A stretch of DNA of 64,000 bases from an uncultured Nitrososphaerota archaeon (GCA_963718895.1 CAVRAG010000004.1:160001-224000); one strand, 5' to 3'; positions 1-10,915 are shown, counted from the first letter of the stretch. The notes: generated from the letters alone by a model not told the origin. Translations and numbers: made by a program.

Positions 1-1632
1 ATGCGCAGGTTCCAGAGGGAGACGCTCGAGCAGATTGAGGCCGCGGTCATATCCAGGAAGAAGTTCATCATGCTCGAGGCGCCCGTGGGCTTTGGCAAGT
101 CGGCCCTCGCAGCCGCGCTCTGCAACCATCTCGCCTCCGCGTACATCGTTACGTCTACCAAGCAGCTCCAGGACCAGTACGTCTCGGACTTCGGCTATGC
201 CGTGGTCAAGGGCAAGCCCAACTTCCGCTGCCTCGTCCCGACCTCGATGGGACTCGAGCTGCCCTGCAGCAAGGGGAGGTGCGAGGTCGACTGGAAGCTC
301 ACGGACTGCTCCCACTATCTCAGCTTCGAGCAGTACGACCAGCACAAGAAGCACGCCTGCAACAGGAACTCGAAGTGCGAGAACCTCAAGGGCGGAAGAC
401 TCTGCCCATACTATGACCAGAAGTGGTCCTCCTTCAGGGCGCCCGTGACTGTCTGCAACTACCCGTTCTTTCTCAGCGAGCTCAGGTATGCCGAGGACCT
501 GCCGCACAGGAAGCTCCTGGTCTGCGACGAGGCCCACGACCTGGAGAAGCAACTCGTGGGCTTCGCTTCCTTCTCCCTCAGGAAGTCTGTCGTGCAGTTG
601 TACCACGACGCGACGGGCGACAGGGGTCAGGGCGTAGCGATGCCCGACAGGGGAGTCGACGACCCAGCGGCCTGGTACGGTGAGCTCGCCGAAGCGAGGA
701 AGACCCTGGACGAATTCTGCGCCGTCCACCTTGACGACCGTGACTTGCAGGACAAGGTCGCCTCGTGCAAGAGCACGCTGGATTCGCTCGAGAGCTTCAC
801 GAAGGACCTCAAGGCCTCGCCAGGGAACTGGGTCGTCAACAGCGTGAAGAAGTCGGCCGACGGGTCGGTCGAGGAGGTCGTGTTCCAGCCGATCCAGGTA
901 GGCGGCTATGCCGGACCCCTCTTCGAGACCGCCGACACGGTGCTCCTCATGTCGGCGACGATCTTCTCGAAGGCTCTCCTGTGCCGGGCTCTTGGGATAA
1001 GAGAGGAGGATGTCTGCTACGTCGCTGTCCCTGAGTCAATCTTCCCGGTCGAGAACAGGCCGATACGCGCCCTCAATGTGGCCTCGCTCAGTCGAGCCAG
1101 CATGGAGGCGTCCATGGAGGGGATAGCCAGGGCGGTCGACCGGATAATGGAGCGACATTCGAGCGAGAGAGGGGTCATACACACGACGTCCTACCAGCAG
1201 GTCAACTATATCATGCAGCACGTCTCGGAGTTGAACAGGGCGAGGCTGGTCACGACGGAGGGGACGTTCGAGAGGTCCGTCCTGCTGCAGATACACGGTT
1301 CCACCGACGCGTCGGTCCTGATCTCGCCTAGCCTCTATCAGGGTGTGGATTTGAAGGACGACCTATCAAGGTTCCAGATTGTCGTCAAGGTCCCATATCC
1401 TGACCTCTCCGACAGGAGGACCAGGGTGAAGCTCGACCGGGACCAGGGATGGTACGACTGGCAGACCGCCCTGAGGCTCGTGCAGACCTACGGCCGAAGC
1501 GTTAGGAGCGAGACCGATCACGCAATCACCTACGTACTCGATTCGAACTTCACGCGATTTGTCAACGCGCACCGGGACCTCTTCCCTCAGTATTTTCTCG
1601 ACGCGCTCAGCGTCGCCGAGCCGGTAGCTTGA
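1..1632 (+). CDS. DinG/XPD(Rad3)-family SF2 DNA helicase with Cys-rich putative Fe-S region (true start may lie just outside the window)
   Basis: Walker A APVGFGKS, DEAH, SAT motif III, QTYGRSVR motif VI, Cys cluster ending CPYY. Confidence 0.9.
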   Translation: MRRFQRETLEQIEAAVISRKKFIMLEAPVGFGKSALAAALCNHLASAYIVTSTKQLQDQYVSDFGYAVVKGKPNFRCLVPTSMGLELPCSKGRCEVDWKLTDCSHYLSFEQYDQHKKHACNRNSKCENLKGGRLCPYYDQKWSSFRAPVTVCNYPFFLSELRYAEDLPHRKLLVCDEAHDLEKQLVGFASFSLRKSVVQLYHDATGDRGQGVAMPDRGVDDPAAWYGELAEARKTLDEFCAVHLDDRDLQDKVASCKSTLDSLESFTKDLKASPGNWVVNSVKKSADGSVEEVVFQPIQVGGYAGPLFETADTVLLMSATIFSKALLCRALGIREEDVCYVAVPESIFPVENRPIRALNVASLSRASMEASMEGIARAVDRIMERHSSERGVIHTTSYQQVNYIMQHVSELNRARLVTTEGTFERSVLLQIHGSTDASVLISPSLYQGVDLKDDLSRFQIVVKVPYPDLSDRRTRVKLDRDQGWYDWQTALRLVQTYGRSVRSETDHAITYVLDSNFTRFVNAHRDLFPQYFLDALSVAEPVA

Positions 1633-1721
1633 CGGGGACTGGCGGGAGCGTTCCCATTCAGGAGACCAGCCCTGGGCTGAACATATAACGAAGGGACCTC
1701 TAGGACGCCTTGGTCGTCAGG

Positions 1722-2186
1722 ATGCATCGGAGAGGGATCTCACGGCTCAGGGTGGCAGTCGCCGCGGTCGCGGCAGCGGCCATGGCGCTCGCCGCGGTCG
1801 GATACCTCGTCCTAGCAGCCACGCCGGCCGGCTGCCCGGGTTGCGGCGATAGAGCGGACGACGTCACAGTGACCGGGTCCCTCGCAACCCCCAGCGGGTA
1901 TGGGGTCAGCGAACTCAGCATAGAAGTGAACAACACGGCGAAGGACCCAATCTGGACAATCGAGGTCACGAACTCCTCGCAGCTACCAGGTTCGACCTTC
2001 ATAGCGTTCTATCACAACACCTTCATCGTCAGCGCGGCGAACGCTCTCACGGTCGACCAGACTGCCACTGGTTCCACCTCCGTGCGCAACGTTACGACAG
2101 GTGCGACGTACACGCTTAGCATGGAGTTCATCTTCTCCACCGGAGCCGAGCAGAACACGACGCTGCAGGTAACCGCCGGGAGATGA
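1722..2186 (+). CDS. Membrane-anchored/secreted Ig-like protein, possible class III (pilin-like) signal
   Basis: RRGIS followed by a hydrophobic helix, then a Thr/Asn-rich beta-strand body; TATA-like CATATAAC about 35 nt upstream. Confidence 0.6.
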   Translation: MHRRGISRLRVAVAAVAAAAMALAAVGYLVLAATPAGCPGCGDRADDVTVTGSLATPSGYGVSELSIEVNNTAKDPIWTIEVTNSSQLPGSTFIAFYHNTFIVSAANALTVDQTATGSTSVRNVTTGATYTLSMEFIFSTGAEQNTTLQVTAGR

Positions 2187-2304
2187 GCTGGTTGGTTCAT
2201 TCTGTCGAGAACATACCGAGCCGCGGAGCCGGTGCGCGCTCAAGACGAAGATGTGGTCAACACACAAAAGCTAGGCGTCAATACATCGTCTGGGTTCGCA
2301 ACCG

Positions 2305-2988
2305 TTGACGCACGTCCCCTCTCCAGATGGCATTCCAAGAATCAAGTTCAGAATCGAGGCGCTCTCAGATCTTGTCTTCGGACTCGCGCTCTCGCTGGGG
2401 GCCATCACACTGATTCAGAACATTCCGCAAGATCCATCACACCTGATCAACGATGTCGTCCTTTTCGGATTCAGCTTCCTGATCATCGTCGGAATATGGC
2501 TCGGGTACACCCGGATAGTCTCGGTTCTGTCAGTTGAGACATCCGAGGCCATGCTGCTCAACCTCGCCCTGCTATTCTGCGTCGCCCTTGAACCGTTCCT
2601 CTACTACGTCTTCCAGACCCAGCCAGCTGGCTCTGCCTTTCTGGATTTCTCGTCCGCCGCATTCGGCCTGGATATCGGATCGATGATGGGATTGCTCGGG
2701 GCGATGGTGTATCTCGTGCTACACCAAGAGGCTCATGCAGAGGTGCACACGCTCAGAGCCAAATCACTCAGAGGGTTCAAGGTCTCAATGGCCGCCCACG
2801 CCATCTGCGCTGCGATCTTCTTGGTCTCGATCTCCGACGTCTTCTGGGTCCAAGTTCCGAACTTCGGGTACCTTAGGTTCCTCCTTTGGTACATCGCGCT
2901 GGGAATCTTCTTCATCAGCAGGCCGGCAGCCAGGATGACCTCAGGGAAGGAGACGGGGGTCGTCAGCCGTGAGACGCCCCCTCAATGA
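2305..2988 (+). CDS. TMEM175/DUF1211-family membrane protein (K+ channel-like)
   Basis: RIEALSDLVFGLALSL resembles the RxxxFSD TM1 motif; about 6 TM helices. Confidence 0.8.
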   Translation: MTHVPSPDGIPRIKFRIEALSDLVFGLALSLGAITLIQNIPQDPSHLINDVVLFGFSFLIIVGIWLGYTRIVSVLSVETSEAMLLNLALLFCVALEPFLYYVFQTQPAGSAFLDFSSAAFGLDIGSMMGLLGAMVYLVLHQEAHAEVHTLRAKSLRGFKVSMAAHAICAAIFLVSISDVFWVQVPNFGYLRFLLWYIALGIFFISRPAARMTSGKETGVVSRETPPQ

Positions 2989-3056
2989 AAGGTCCTGAGT
3001 CTCGACCAAAAATAAGCATAATACGGCTCTAATCGGGTGGTACGTTCGTCCTCGAG

Positions 3057-3911
3057 TTGGCTGTCATCCGTCTCGGCACCTCCGGCTGGTCGTTCAAAGA
3101 ATGGGAGGGAGTGTTCTACCCCAGGGACAATAAGGACAAGCTTGCCTTCTACTCGAAGGTCTTCAAGACCACCGAGATCGACTCGACATTCTACGCTTAT
3201 CCGAAGAAGGCTATGATCCAGGCCTGCGCTAGAATCACGCCTGATGATTTCGTCTTCTCAGCTATGGTTCCCAAGCTCATCACACATGACAAGAAGCTGG
3301 ACGTCCAGAAAGGCGTAGGGGAGGACCTCATGAGGTTCATCTATGACCTGAGACCGCTGGAGGACGCAGGGAAGCTTGGACCTATCATCTTGCAGCTCCC
3401 GCCGAGCTTCTCCTACAAGGATGGACTCGGCAAGCTGATAGACTTCTTCGGGGCGCTTCCAGCCGACCTCAAGTTTGCAGTGGAGTTTCGAAACAAATCC
3501 TGGAACCGTCCGGAGACATTGGACCTTCTCAGGCAGTGCAAGATAGCCAACACGATAGGAGACGGCCCTCTCCTCCCTCCGGAGACGCCAGTGACGGCCG
3601 ACTTCGCTGTTATCAGCTGGCATGGAAGAGGGAAGAAGCCCTGGAGCGACTATCGCTACAGCGACGCTGAGGTTGACGAATGGGTCCCCAAAGTGAAGGA
3701 GATAGAGGGACGAGTGAGTGAGGTCTACGGGTACTTCGGCAACCACTTCAGGGGAAACGCCGTGGAGAACACGCTGAGGATGATGGACAGGTTGGGGCTG
3801 GCCGACGCCGAACGTAGGGAGTTTGGAGCCCGCGTCACCCGGGCGATCCAGCTGAAGGGGATGCGCTACACGAAGACCAAGGCGGAGCCCGACCCCGACC
3901 TCGTGAAGTAG
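3057..3911 (+). CDS. DUF72 (YecE-like) TIM-barrel protein, paralog 1
   Basis: GTSGWS, EIDSTFY, LQLPPSF, AVEFR, YGYFGNH motifs. Confidence 0.9.
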   Translation: MAVIRLGTSGWSFKEWEGVFYPRDNKDKLAFYSKVFKTTEIDSTFYAYPKKAMIQACARITPDDFVFSAMVPKLITHDKKLDVQKGVGEDLMRFIYDLRPLEDAGKLGPIILQLPPSFSYKDGLGKLIDFFGALPADLKFAVEFRNKSWNRPETLDLLRQCKIANTIGDGPLLPPETPVTADFAVISWHGRGKKPWSDYRYSDAEVDEWVPKVKEIEGRVSEVYGYFGNHFRGNAVENTLRMMDRLGLADAERREFGARVTRAIQLKGMRYTKTKAEPDPDLVK

Positions 3912-3992
3912 ACCTTAGCGGCACAGACCGGTTGCTGGACCCGGCGTTCCGAATGTATATACCGGTCACGGGCGTGCTCGAGTAGGTTCCGC

Positions 3993-5204
3993 GTGTCATC
4001 CCTGAGCATGGCCTCCCGCAACCTGAGGAGACGGAAGGGGAGGACGATTCTGACCGTCTCTGGGATAGTCGTCGGTGTCGCCCTGATAATGGTCCTGCTC
4101 TCCCTGACCGCCGGGACCTCTACCCGGACCAATGGGCTCATACGCGACATTCTTCCGGCCCAGATAACAGTCGTCAACTCGACGATACCCACTGGTGGTG
4201 GCGCAGGCCTGCGGGCGCTGTTCAGCACCGCCTATCCGCTCAACCAGTCGACCACGGCCACGATAGACGGTCTGAGCGGCGTCTATGCCGTCACCGGCCA
4301 GGTATCGGCCACAGGCTTTGTCGATGGAGACGCCGTCCTCCTCTCTGGGATCGACCCTGGTACCTACTCGAACGTGACCGGGGGGTTGAACATCCTGAGC
4401 GGGACCTCGATCTCGTCGGCCTCGGGAAATCAGCTGGTGCTGGGGCAGACTCTTGCGACCAGGCTCGGGCTTGGCGTCGGAGCTTCGGTCACCGTCGGTT
4501 CCAACTCCACGGGCGGGACGTCCTACGCGGTCGTCGGGATCTACTCGAGCGGGAACGCCTTCCTGGACAGGTCGATCTACGTCTCGCTCACCAACGCCCA
4601 GTCGATAGTGGGCGAACAGGGGAAAGTGACCGAGATATACGTCAAGGCGGACAGCTCCAGCAACGTTACCAAGATCGCGTCCGAAATCGGCTCAAAGGTT
4701 CCCGGGGTGAAGGTCGTGACCTCATCGAACCTGGCGACCGCTGCTTCGACTCTGTCCGGCACGCTGACGACGTTCTTCACGGTCATCGGCTTGGTAGCTC
4801 TCCTCGCCGGTGGGTTCGGCGTAGTCAACACCATGATGATATCGGTGAGTGAGAGGACGAGGGAGATAGGGACCCTCAAGGCGCTGGGAGCCAGACAGGG
4901 TCAGATCATGAGGATATTCATCAGTGAAGCGTTCCTGATTGGGGTGATAGGTGCCGCCGCGGGGATACTGATCGGAATCGTAGTCTCCCTCGCGCTCCCC
5001 TCGTTCACCGGAGCTGCCAGCGCGAGCGGCCTCGGCGGAGCAGGGGTCGGTGGCCTCTTCCGGGGGGCCCTCGCCCCGTCGGTCACGCCCGGGTTGATCA
5101 TCCTGAGCCTCGGCTTGGGGATCAGCGTCGGTGTCCTGGCTGGGCTCTATCCTGCCTGGCACGCATCGAGGATGGATCCGGTGGAGGCCCTCCGTCATGT
5201 CTAG
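3993..5204 (+). CDS. ABC transporter permease, MacB/FtsX family
   Basis: N-terminal TM, periplasmic domain, VSERTREIGTLKALGA, YPAWHASRMDPVEALR. Confidence 0.92.
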   Translation: MSSLSMASRNLRRRKGRTILTVSGIVVGVALIMVLLSLTAGTSTRTNGLIRDILPAQITVVNSTIPTGGGAGLRALFSTAYPLNQSTTATIDGLSGVYAVTGQVSATGFVDGDAVLLSGIDPGTYSNVTGGLNILSGTSISSASGNQLVLGQTLATRLGLGVGASVTVGSNSTGGTSYAVVGIYSSGNAFLDRSIYVSLTNAQSIVGEQGKVTEIYVKADSSSNVTKIASEIGSKVPGVKVVTSSNLATAASTLSGTLTTFFTVIGLVALLAGGFGVVNTMMISVSERTREIGTLKALGARQGQIMRIFISEAFLIGVIGAAAGILIGIVVSLALPSFTGAASASGLGGAGVGGLFRGALAPSVTPGLIILSLGLGISVGVLAGLYPAWHASRMDPVEALRHV

Positions 5205-5943
5205 ACCGGTCGTGGTCCAGGGCACGGGACTGGCCCGGGAGTACAGGCACGGGAAGCTTCCGGTCTCTGCCCTGAACGGCATCGACCTGACCGTCTGGAA
5301 GGGCGAGATCGTAGGGATAGTGGGACCGTCCGGGTCGGGCAAGACGACCCTGCTGAACCTGATCGGAGGCCTCGACAGGCCGACAGGGGGGAGCGTGGTG
5401 GTGGATGGGGTCGCCTTGGGGCAGCTCGACGACGGTAGGCTGGCGGACTACCGCCTCCGGAAGGTCGGGTTCATCTTCCAGTTTTACAATCTGATCCCTG
5501 CGCTGACTGCTCTCGAGAACGTCGAGCTGCCCATGAGCCTAGCGGGAGTTCCAAAGCTTGAGCGGGCAGAGCGCGCGAGGGCACTGCTCAAGACGGTAGG
5601 CCTCGAGAACCGGACCGGGCACACGCCAGACGAGTTGAGCGGGGGGGAGCAGCAGAGGGTCGCCGTTGCCAGGGCCCTCTCCAACAGCCCGTCCGTCATT
5701 CTGGGAGATGAGCCGACTGGGGATCTGGATTCCAAGTCAGCGGAGGCTCTGATGGGGTTGATAGCCTCCCTGCGGGATGACAGGCAGGCGACGTTCATCC
5801 TGGTCACCCACGACCCCATAGTGGTCGCCAGATGTGACAGGTCCTATTCTGTCAGGGACGGCAGGGTGATGCGCGAGATAAGGAAGGAGGAGACCGACAA
5901 GCTCGCTGACAACCAGAGGTCGACGATGGACGGGCTCTACTGA
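5197..5943 (+). CDS. ABC transporter ATP-binding protein (LolD/MacB type)
   Basis: GPSGSGKT, LSGGEQQR, DEPTG, VTHD; ATG at 5197 overlaps the permease end. Confidence 0.93.
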   Translation: MSRPVVVQGTGLAREYRHGKLPVSALNGIDLTVWKGEIVGIVGPSGSGKTTLLNLIGGLDRPTGGSVVVDGVALGQLDDGRLADYRLRKVGFIFQFYNLIPALTALENVELPMSLAGVPKLERAERARALLKTVGLENRTGHTPDELSGGEQQRVAVARALSNSPSVILGDEPTGDLDSKSAEALMGLIASLRDDRQATFILVTHDPIVVARCDRSYSVRDGRVMREIRKEETDKLADNQRSTMDGLY

Positions 5944-6555
5944 TCCCTGACGGGCGTCTCTCCCGAGGCAGGGTCGCGAGTCGCAACTACGATGTAGCCT
6001 CTGGAGGTCCTGTCGAGCAGCGCGTCGACGAATCCGTGGCCCTCGACCTTCTCGACTAGCTGGGCTGGCGTGAGGAATCTCGAGTGCCCCCGCATCAGCC
6101 TGTTCTCCGTAAAGCGGAGCAGCTTGCCCCTGGTCGTGGTGACGTCTATCTCCGCGAGCAGCAGCCTCCCCTCGGGCTTCAGCACGCGACACATCTCTTC
6201 CAGGGCAGCGTCCTGGTCCGGGAAGTGATGGAAGGCAGCCACCGAGAGGAGCGTTCCAACCCCTCCGTCGGCGATGGGTATCTTCTGCGCGCTACCGCGG
6301 ATGAACCCCACTTCGCGCCTCCGCTTTGCCCCGTACTCGACCTTCTGGAGGTCCGGCTCCAGCACCAGTATCTGGTCGAAGACGTCCGAGAGCGTCCCGG
6401 TCAGCAGCCCGGTCCCTCCCCCGACATCGAGCATCACCCTTCGGGAATCCTCGGTGAGGTGTTTGAGTAGAATTCGATCTCAGCTCGCCGTTCGATGCCT
6501 TCCTGTCCCGCTCAGAGAGCGCGGCCATCGAGAGGCGGCCGTCCGAACTCGGCAA
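5937..6555 (-). CDS. Class I SAM-dependent methyltransferase; probable +1 frameshift near 6480 (intact ORF part 5937-6437)
   Basis: LDVGGGTG, FHHFPD, RVLKPEG; removing one base at about 6480 joins the upstream TTG 6555 frame, which has a TATA-like element at about 6590. Confidence 0.8.
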
Positions 6556-6732
6556 GGGAATCGGTCTGTGCGTGCGACCCCCCGAAGTTAAAGGTTAGTG
6601 GCAGGGATCATCCGGTCCTCTCCGAGATCTTTGGATTCCCGGCACCTATCAGCGCGAAGAGGGGTCCTTCGAACCTCGCTATACTTTCTCGCCCTGCCCA
6701 TTCTAAATAGGAGGGTCGGGACTCTTCGAAAC

Positions 6733-7149
6733 ATGGTATTCTTGAGCGACGAAGGAAGCGAGTTCGATGCATCTCTCGACAAGGTGTGGAAGCTGAATCA
6801 GTCTGAGGGGGAGCACAGCCACCCCAGTCTGAAGAATTCCGCCCAGGGGATGGAAGGAGAGCATCCCATGCTGAGCTACGAGACGAAGATGCCCGACGGC
6901 AGCTGGGTCAAGCACAGGGTGAGGATGTCTGTGTTCCCGCCCGTCGGTGTCGTCTTCGAGACAATCGAGGGGCCCCTGAAGGGCTCTACATCATTCCAGA
7001 TCTACACGCCCAAGGGTGCAAAGACAGGCGTCACCGTCATCGGTGAGTGGAAGGGGGCCGGTATCCCGGACGCCCAGCTTCAGGGCGCAGTGAGGCAGTT
7101 CCTGGAGACGGTCTTCAACGAGGACAGGGCGAACCTAGCAAAGATGTAG
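6733..7149 (+). CDS. Hypothetical protein, SRPBCC/polyketide-cyclase-like fold
   Basis: FDASLDKVWKL N-terminus, beta-rich core, C-terminal helix; TAAATA upstream. Confidence 0.6.
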   Translation: MVFLSDEGSEFDASLDKVWKLNQSEGEHSHPSLKNSAQGMEGEHPMLSYETKMPDGSWVKHRVRMSVFPPVGVVFETIEGPLKGSTSFQIYTPKGAKTGVTVIGEWKGAGIPDAQLQGAVRQFLETVFNEDRANLAKM

Positions 7150-7227
7150 GGAGGGCGTCTCCGTTACCGCGGGAGCCTGGCCCTTTCCGAAATCTGTGGT
7201 CCCGGGGACCTTAGGATGGGCTCAGGC

Positions 7228-8181
7228 TCATCCTTCTTCCTTCCTGTTCTGCACTTCGCTGATGAAGTCTTCCACAAGGGGGTCGAGGCTCCCATAGGAA
7301 GGTCTCCATCCGGCGTCCCTGATCCTCTCTGGGTCCAGATCCCTCGACCAGGAATCGACAATCTTGGATATCTTCTCGTCGGGCTTGAAGTCAATCTTCG
7401 CCTCGGGTATCTTCCGTTTCACGGCTCTCGCAATCTGCCCCGCGCTCGGCCCGGGGCTTATGCCGGGTACGTTGAAGATGTTCTCCTCGCCTCCCAGCGA
7501 CCTGATGTTCTTGTGGACGAAGAGTGTGGCATCGACCGCGTCCTTCACGTAGACTATGGGCATCTGGGCTCTCGCCGGCACCTGGACGGTGTAGGGCTCG
7601 CCCAGGGCGGCCTTCTGGATGATCAGGCTCGTGAAGGCCGAGGCGCCTCCCTCCCCTCTCCCGGGTCCTATCACGGACGCGTACCTGAAAGCCGCGAAGT
7701 CAATACCATATGTCCGGGCGAACCAAGTGCCGACCATCTCTCCGTACATCTTGGATATGCCGTAGATGGTGCTCGGGACGTGGTAGCGGTCTTCTCTGGC
7801 TCTCTCGGCACTCGGTCCGTAGACCGCGGCGGTGCTCGCGAACAGGATGGTGGCGACGTCAGCGGACCTAGCGGCGTTCCAGAGCGGCCACGCCGAGGCG
7901 ATATTCACCTCGTACGCGCTCTGGGGGTTCTCCTCAGCCGTCGCGGAGAGCAGAGCTGCATAGTGGACCAGCACCTCTGGTCTGGCGGACCTTATCGCCC
8001 TCGTCAATGTCTCCGCGTCGTCGGTCCTCCCCTTGACTACCTTGACTCCCGGGTTCGCCCCCATGATGCTCCGGTCGACCTTGACGTCGTAGACCGTGAC
8101 CTCGTGGTCCTCTTCGATGAGCTTCTTGGTTAGCCACTGCCCGATGAATCCGCACCCGCCGGTAATGAAGAACCTGGTCAT
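7228..8181 (-). CDS. NAD-dependent epimerase/dehydratase (extended SDR, threonine-dehydrogenase-like)
   Basis: TGGCGFIG, YGISK (YxxxK), HYAALLS. Confidence 0.88.
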   Translation of the reverse strand: MTRFFITGGCGFIGQWLTKKLIEEDHEVTVYDVKVDRSIMGANPGVKVVKGRTDDAETLTRAIRSARPEVLVHYAALLSATAEENPQSAYEVNIASAWPLWNAARSADVATILFASTAAVYGPSAERAREDRYHVPSTIYGISKMYGEMVGTWFARTYGIDFAAFRYASVIGPGRGEGGASAFTSLIIQKAALGEPYTVQVPARAQMPIVYVKDAVDATLFVHKNIRSLGGEENIFNVPGISPGPSAGQIARAVKRKIPEAKIDFKPDEKISKIVDSWSRDLDPERIRDAGWRPSYGSLDPLVEDFISEVQNRKEEG

Positions 8182-8316
8182 GAAGTCAATGCGACGCGCC
8201 TATGGCCGAGATAAGCCTGTCGTAGGTTCTGGCTTTATGGTTCCGGAAAAAGGCCAAGATTGTCCATGGAGTAGGTCTGTGATTCCATCTGCGAAGACAA
8301 GCTGAGCGCCAGTAGG

Positions 8317-8964
8317 TTATCTGACGATTCTGAAGTTGAAAGGAGCCCAGTTGTAGACCTGGGACAGCCTCAACCAGAGGGGGAGTATCATCTCGAGGCC
8401 GCGTGATCCCGTTATGTCTCCGGTGTCAATCACGCTCTTCCACCCGAACCACTCTCGCAAGATCCTTGTCACCTCGGCCTTGGCCGCGGCATCGTTACCG
8501 CATATGAACGCGTCGTGTTCTCCCGGCACTAGCCCCGGGTTCGTCATCAGGTCGTGACGCATCGTGTTCAATGCCTTGACGACCCTGACGTCCGGAAAGG
8601 CGCGTTGTATCTGCTCTCCCAGGGAATCTGTGTTACAAACCGTGAGGGTCGGCGGCATCCCCCTCGAGAAGTCGAGCGGATTCGAGACGTCGATCAGAAC
8701 CTTTCCCTTGAGGTTCTCCGCCCCGGCCATCTTCAGAGCCTCGAGGGAGACCGACCCGGCGGTGCAATTGAACACCAGCTCTCCGAACGCTGCCGCATCT
8801 GAGAACGTGCCATGGGAGGCACCTGGTCCCGTCGACTTCGCCCATTCGGTCGCATTGGCGTTCCCGGCCGTGCGAGAACCCATCATTACCTCCCGCCCGA
8901 GTCCGACCAACGCAGAGCCGAGGTGAGAGCCGACTTCTCCTGTTCCTAGAATTGCGATTCTCAT
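8317..8964 (-). CDS. F420/NADP oxidoreductase-family protein
   Basis: GTGEVG, GSR, LIDVSNPL, VVKALNT. Confidence 0.88.
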   Translation of the reverse strand: MRIAILGTGEVGSHLGSALVGLGREVMMGSRTAGNANATEWAKSTGPGASHGTFSDAAAFGELVFNCTAGSVSLEALKMAGAENLKGKVLIDVSNPLDFSRGMPPTLTVCNTDSLGEQIQRAFPDVRVVKALNTMRHDLMTNPGLVPGEHDAFICGNDAAAKAEVTRILREWFGWKSVIDTGDITGSRGLEMILPLWLRLSQVYNWAPFNFRIVR

Positions 8965-9082
8965 TTCAGATGATTCCTGGACTAGAAGTGGCCAGCATTA
9001 AGATAAACGTGCCTGTAGAGTCGGCAATCCGGGTCCGACCCAATCACCTCTAAATACAATCAGTAGGAGGTGCTACCGCGTC

Positions 9083-10036
9083 TTGAAGACATCACGCCTG
9101 CCGAAGAAGGTAGCCTGCGTCGGGACGGGCATCATTGGTTCGAGCTGGGCACTGCTCTTCGCCATGAAGGGGCTGAAAGTCGTCGTCTATGACGCCGACG
9201 AACGGTCGCTCGAGAGGCTGGTCTCCAACAACAGGGATATGCTCTCTTCCATCGTCCGGAACGGCGTGCTCTCGGAGGATTCGGCCGTCAAGGCGCTTGC
9301 GAGGATATCTTCGACGGGAGACATGGGAGGCATCGCGACGGCGGACTACGTGCAGGAGTCGGTCACGGAGAATCTTGAAGTGAAGGCAAAGGCGCTCCGC
9401 GACATAGAGATTGAGGTCTCCGAGACAGCCATAATCGCCAGCAGCACCTCAGGATTGTCGATAGGCGCGCTTCAGAAGCGACTTCAGCACCCGGAGAGGT
9501 CGCTGATCGTCCATCCCTTCAATCCTCCCCATCTCATACCGCTCGTGGAGTTGGTTCCGAGCGAGAGAACAAGCGAAGAGACCGTCTCGGTCGCTCGAAG
9601 ATTCATGAAGAGCTTGGGCAAGGAGCCGATACTCGTAACGAAGCAGTTGCCGGGGTTGGCGGCGAACAGAATCCAGGCCGCGATATTCAGAGAGGTCCTG
9701 AACCTCCTGAAGGACGATGTCGTAGGTATCGAGGACCTGGAGAAGGTCTTCACGGCTGGGCTTGGCTTGCGACTTGCAGTCATGGGACAGTTCACTACCT
9801 TCTCGCTCGCTGCCGGCGAAGGTGGATTGGGGACATACTTCGAGCGCTACGGCCCCCACTCCAGTTCAATTCTCAGCTCTATGGAGACTTGGACCAAACC
9901 ACCCTCTTCGGCCAAGGCTAAGGCGGTAGCGGGGGAGAGTGACCTCAGGGTGCTCAGCAAGGGCTATGACGAGGCGCTAAGATGGCGCGATGACAGGCTC
10001 ATCAAGCTCATCAGGGACATGGGGTACCTGAACTAG
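9083..10036 (+). CDS. 3-hydroxyacyl-CoA dehydrogenase family (lambda-crystallin/carnitine dehydrogenase-like)
   Basis: GTGIIG, QESVTE, ASSTS, HPFNPPHLIPLVE, ANRIQ. Confidence 0.9.
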   Translation: MKTSRLPKKVACVGTGIIGSSWALLFAMKGLKVVVYDADERSLERLVSNNRDMLSSIVRNGVLSEDSAVKALARISSTGDMGGIATADYVQESVTENLEVKAKALRDIEIEVSETAIIASSTSGLSIGALQKRLQHPERSLIVHPFNPPHLIPLVELVPSERTSEETVSVARRFMKSLGKEPILVTKQLPGLAANRIQAAIFREVLNLLKDDVVGIEDLEKVFTAGLGLRLAVMGQFTTFSLAAGEGGLGTYFERYGPHSSSILSSMETWTKPPSSAKAKAVAGESDLRVLSKGYDEALRWRDDRLIKLIRDMGYLN

Positions 10037-10099
10037 GACCCGGACCTGGGTCTCGATCCTAGGCAGGAGTTGACTGCGCCTTCCCGGTCTGCCCAGGGC

Positions 10100-10852
10100 T
10101 CAGCTCTGCACGCAATCAATCAGCGAGGCGAGCTCTTTCACGCTCATTACGGTTGCATCCGCATCTTCCTCTCGCTTTTTCAGGACCTCGCCGCTGCGCA
10201 TGCCCTTCCCCGAGATGAAGCCTTTCATGAATACCACCAGACCGAATCCCGCTCTCTTCGCCCCCCTGAGCTCGTCGTGGCTGCCGTCGCCTACGTAGAT
10301 TGAGGAAGAGGCTTCTGCTCCAAGTCTGGAGAGAACGAGAGAATAGGCTTCCTTCGAGGGCTTGCTGTATCCGATCTCAAAGGACAGGCAGGCGACGTCG
10401 AACAGAGCGGACAGTGGAGACCTCGTCCAGTTGACCGCCTCTCTCTCGTCGATGTTGGACAGCAAGCCTAGCTTCACACCCTTCTTGCGCAAGGCCTTGA
10501 GAGCGGAGACGACCTCCTTCCGAGGCTTCAACAGCGCCAGGTCGTGCATCCGGCCCCAGATCAGGCTGACCTGGGCGAGCTCTTCCTTGGTGCATCGGCG
10601 ACCGGCGTGCTCCAGCAGGTAGTCGTCGGCGTATTGCACCACCTTCTTCGTGCCGTTGACGTGTCTCTTGACCTCGATCTCGCTCCAATAGCGCGCAAAC
10701 TCGTCGGCTTCCGACAGCCCGAGGACCTCTGCAATCTTGTGCGCTCGCGTGAACCCCTCGGGCCTGTAGACATCGGGATTGACCAGGGTGTGGAAGAGGT
10801 CAAAGACTACGCTCTGGACCTGGAAACGCTTGGTGATGGGAACTGCCATCAT
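10100..10852 (-). CDS. HAD-superfamily hydrolase
   Basis: FDLFHTL, LLSN, KP, YVGDGSHDE. Confidence 0.88.
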   Translation of the reverse strand: MMAVPITKRFQVQSVVFDLFHTLVNPDVYRPEGFTRAHKIAEVLGLSEADEFARYWSEIEVKRHVNGTKKVVQYADDYLLEHAGRRCTKEELAQVSLIWGRMHDLALLKPRKEVVSALKALRKKGVKLGLLSNIDEREAVNWTRSPLSALFDVACLSFEIGYSKPSKEAYSLVLSRLGAEASSSIYVGDGSHDELRGAKRAGFGLVVFMKGFISGKGMRSGEVLKKREEDADATVMSVKELASLIDCVQS

Positions 10853-10915
10853 TGAGGTGCACACTGAGCGGAGATTAGAGCGTTTCTCCGAAAGTGTGTT
10901 CGGCTGCAGGTTTCG

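Noticed and set aside
7216-8133. Long antisense/shadow ORFs (also 17387-18229, 50319-51002, 62957-63631 and others)
   Set aside because: They overlap well-supported genes on the opposite strand, as is typical of high-GC codon bias, and show no motifs
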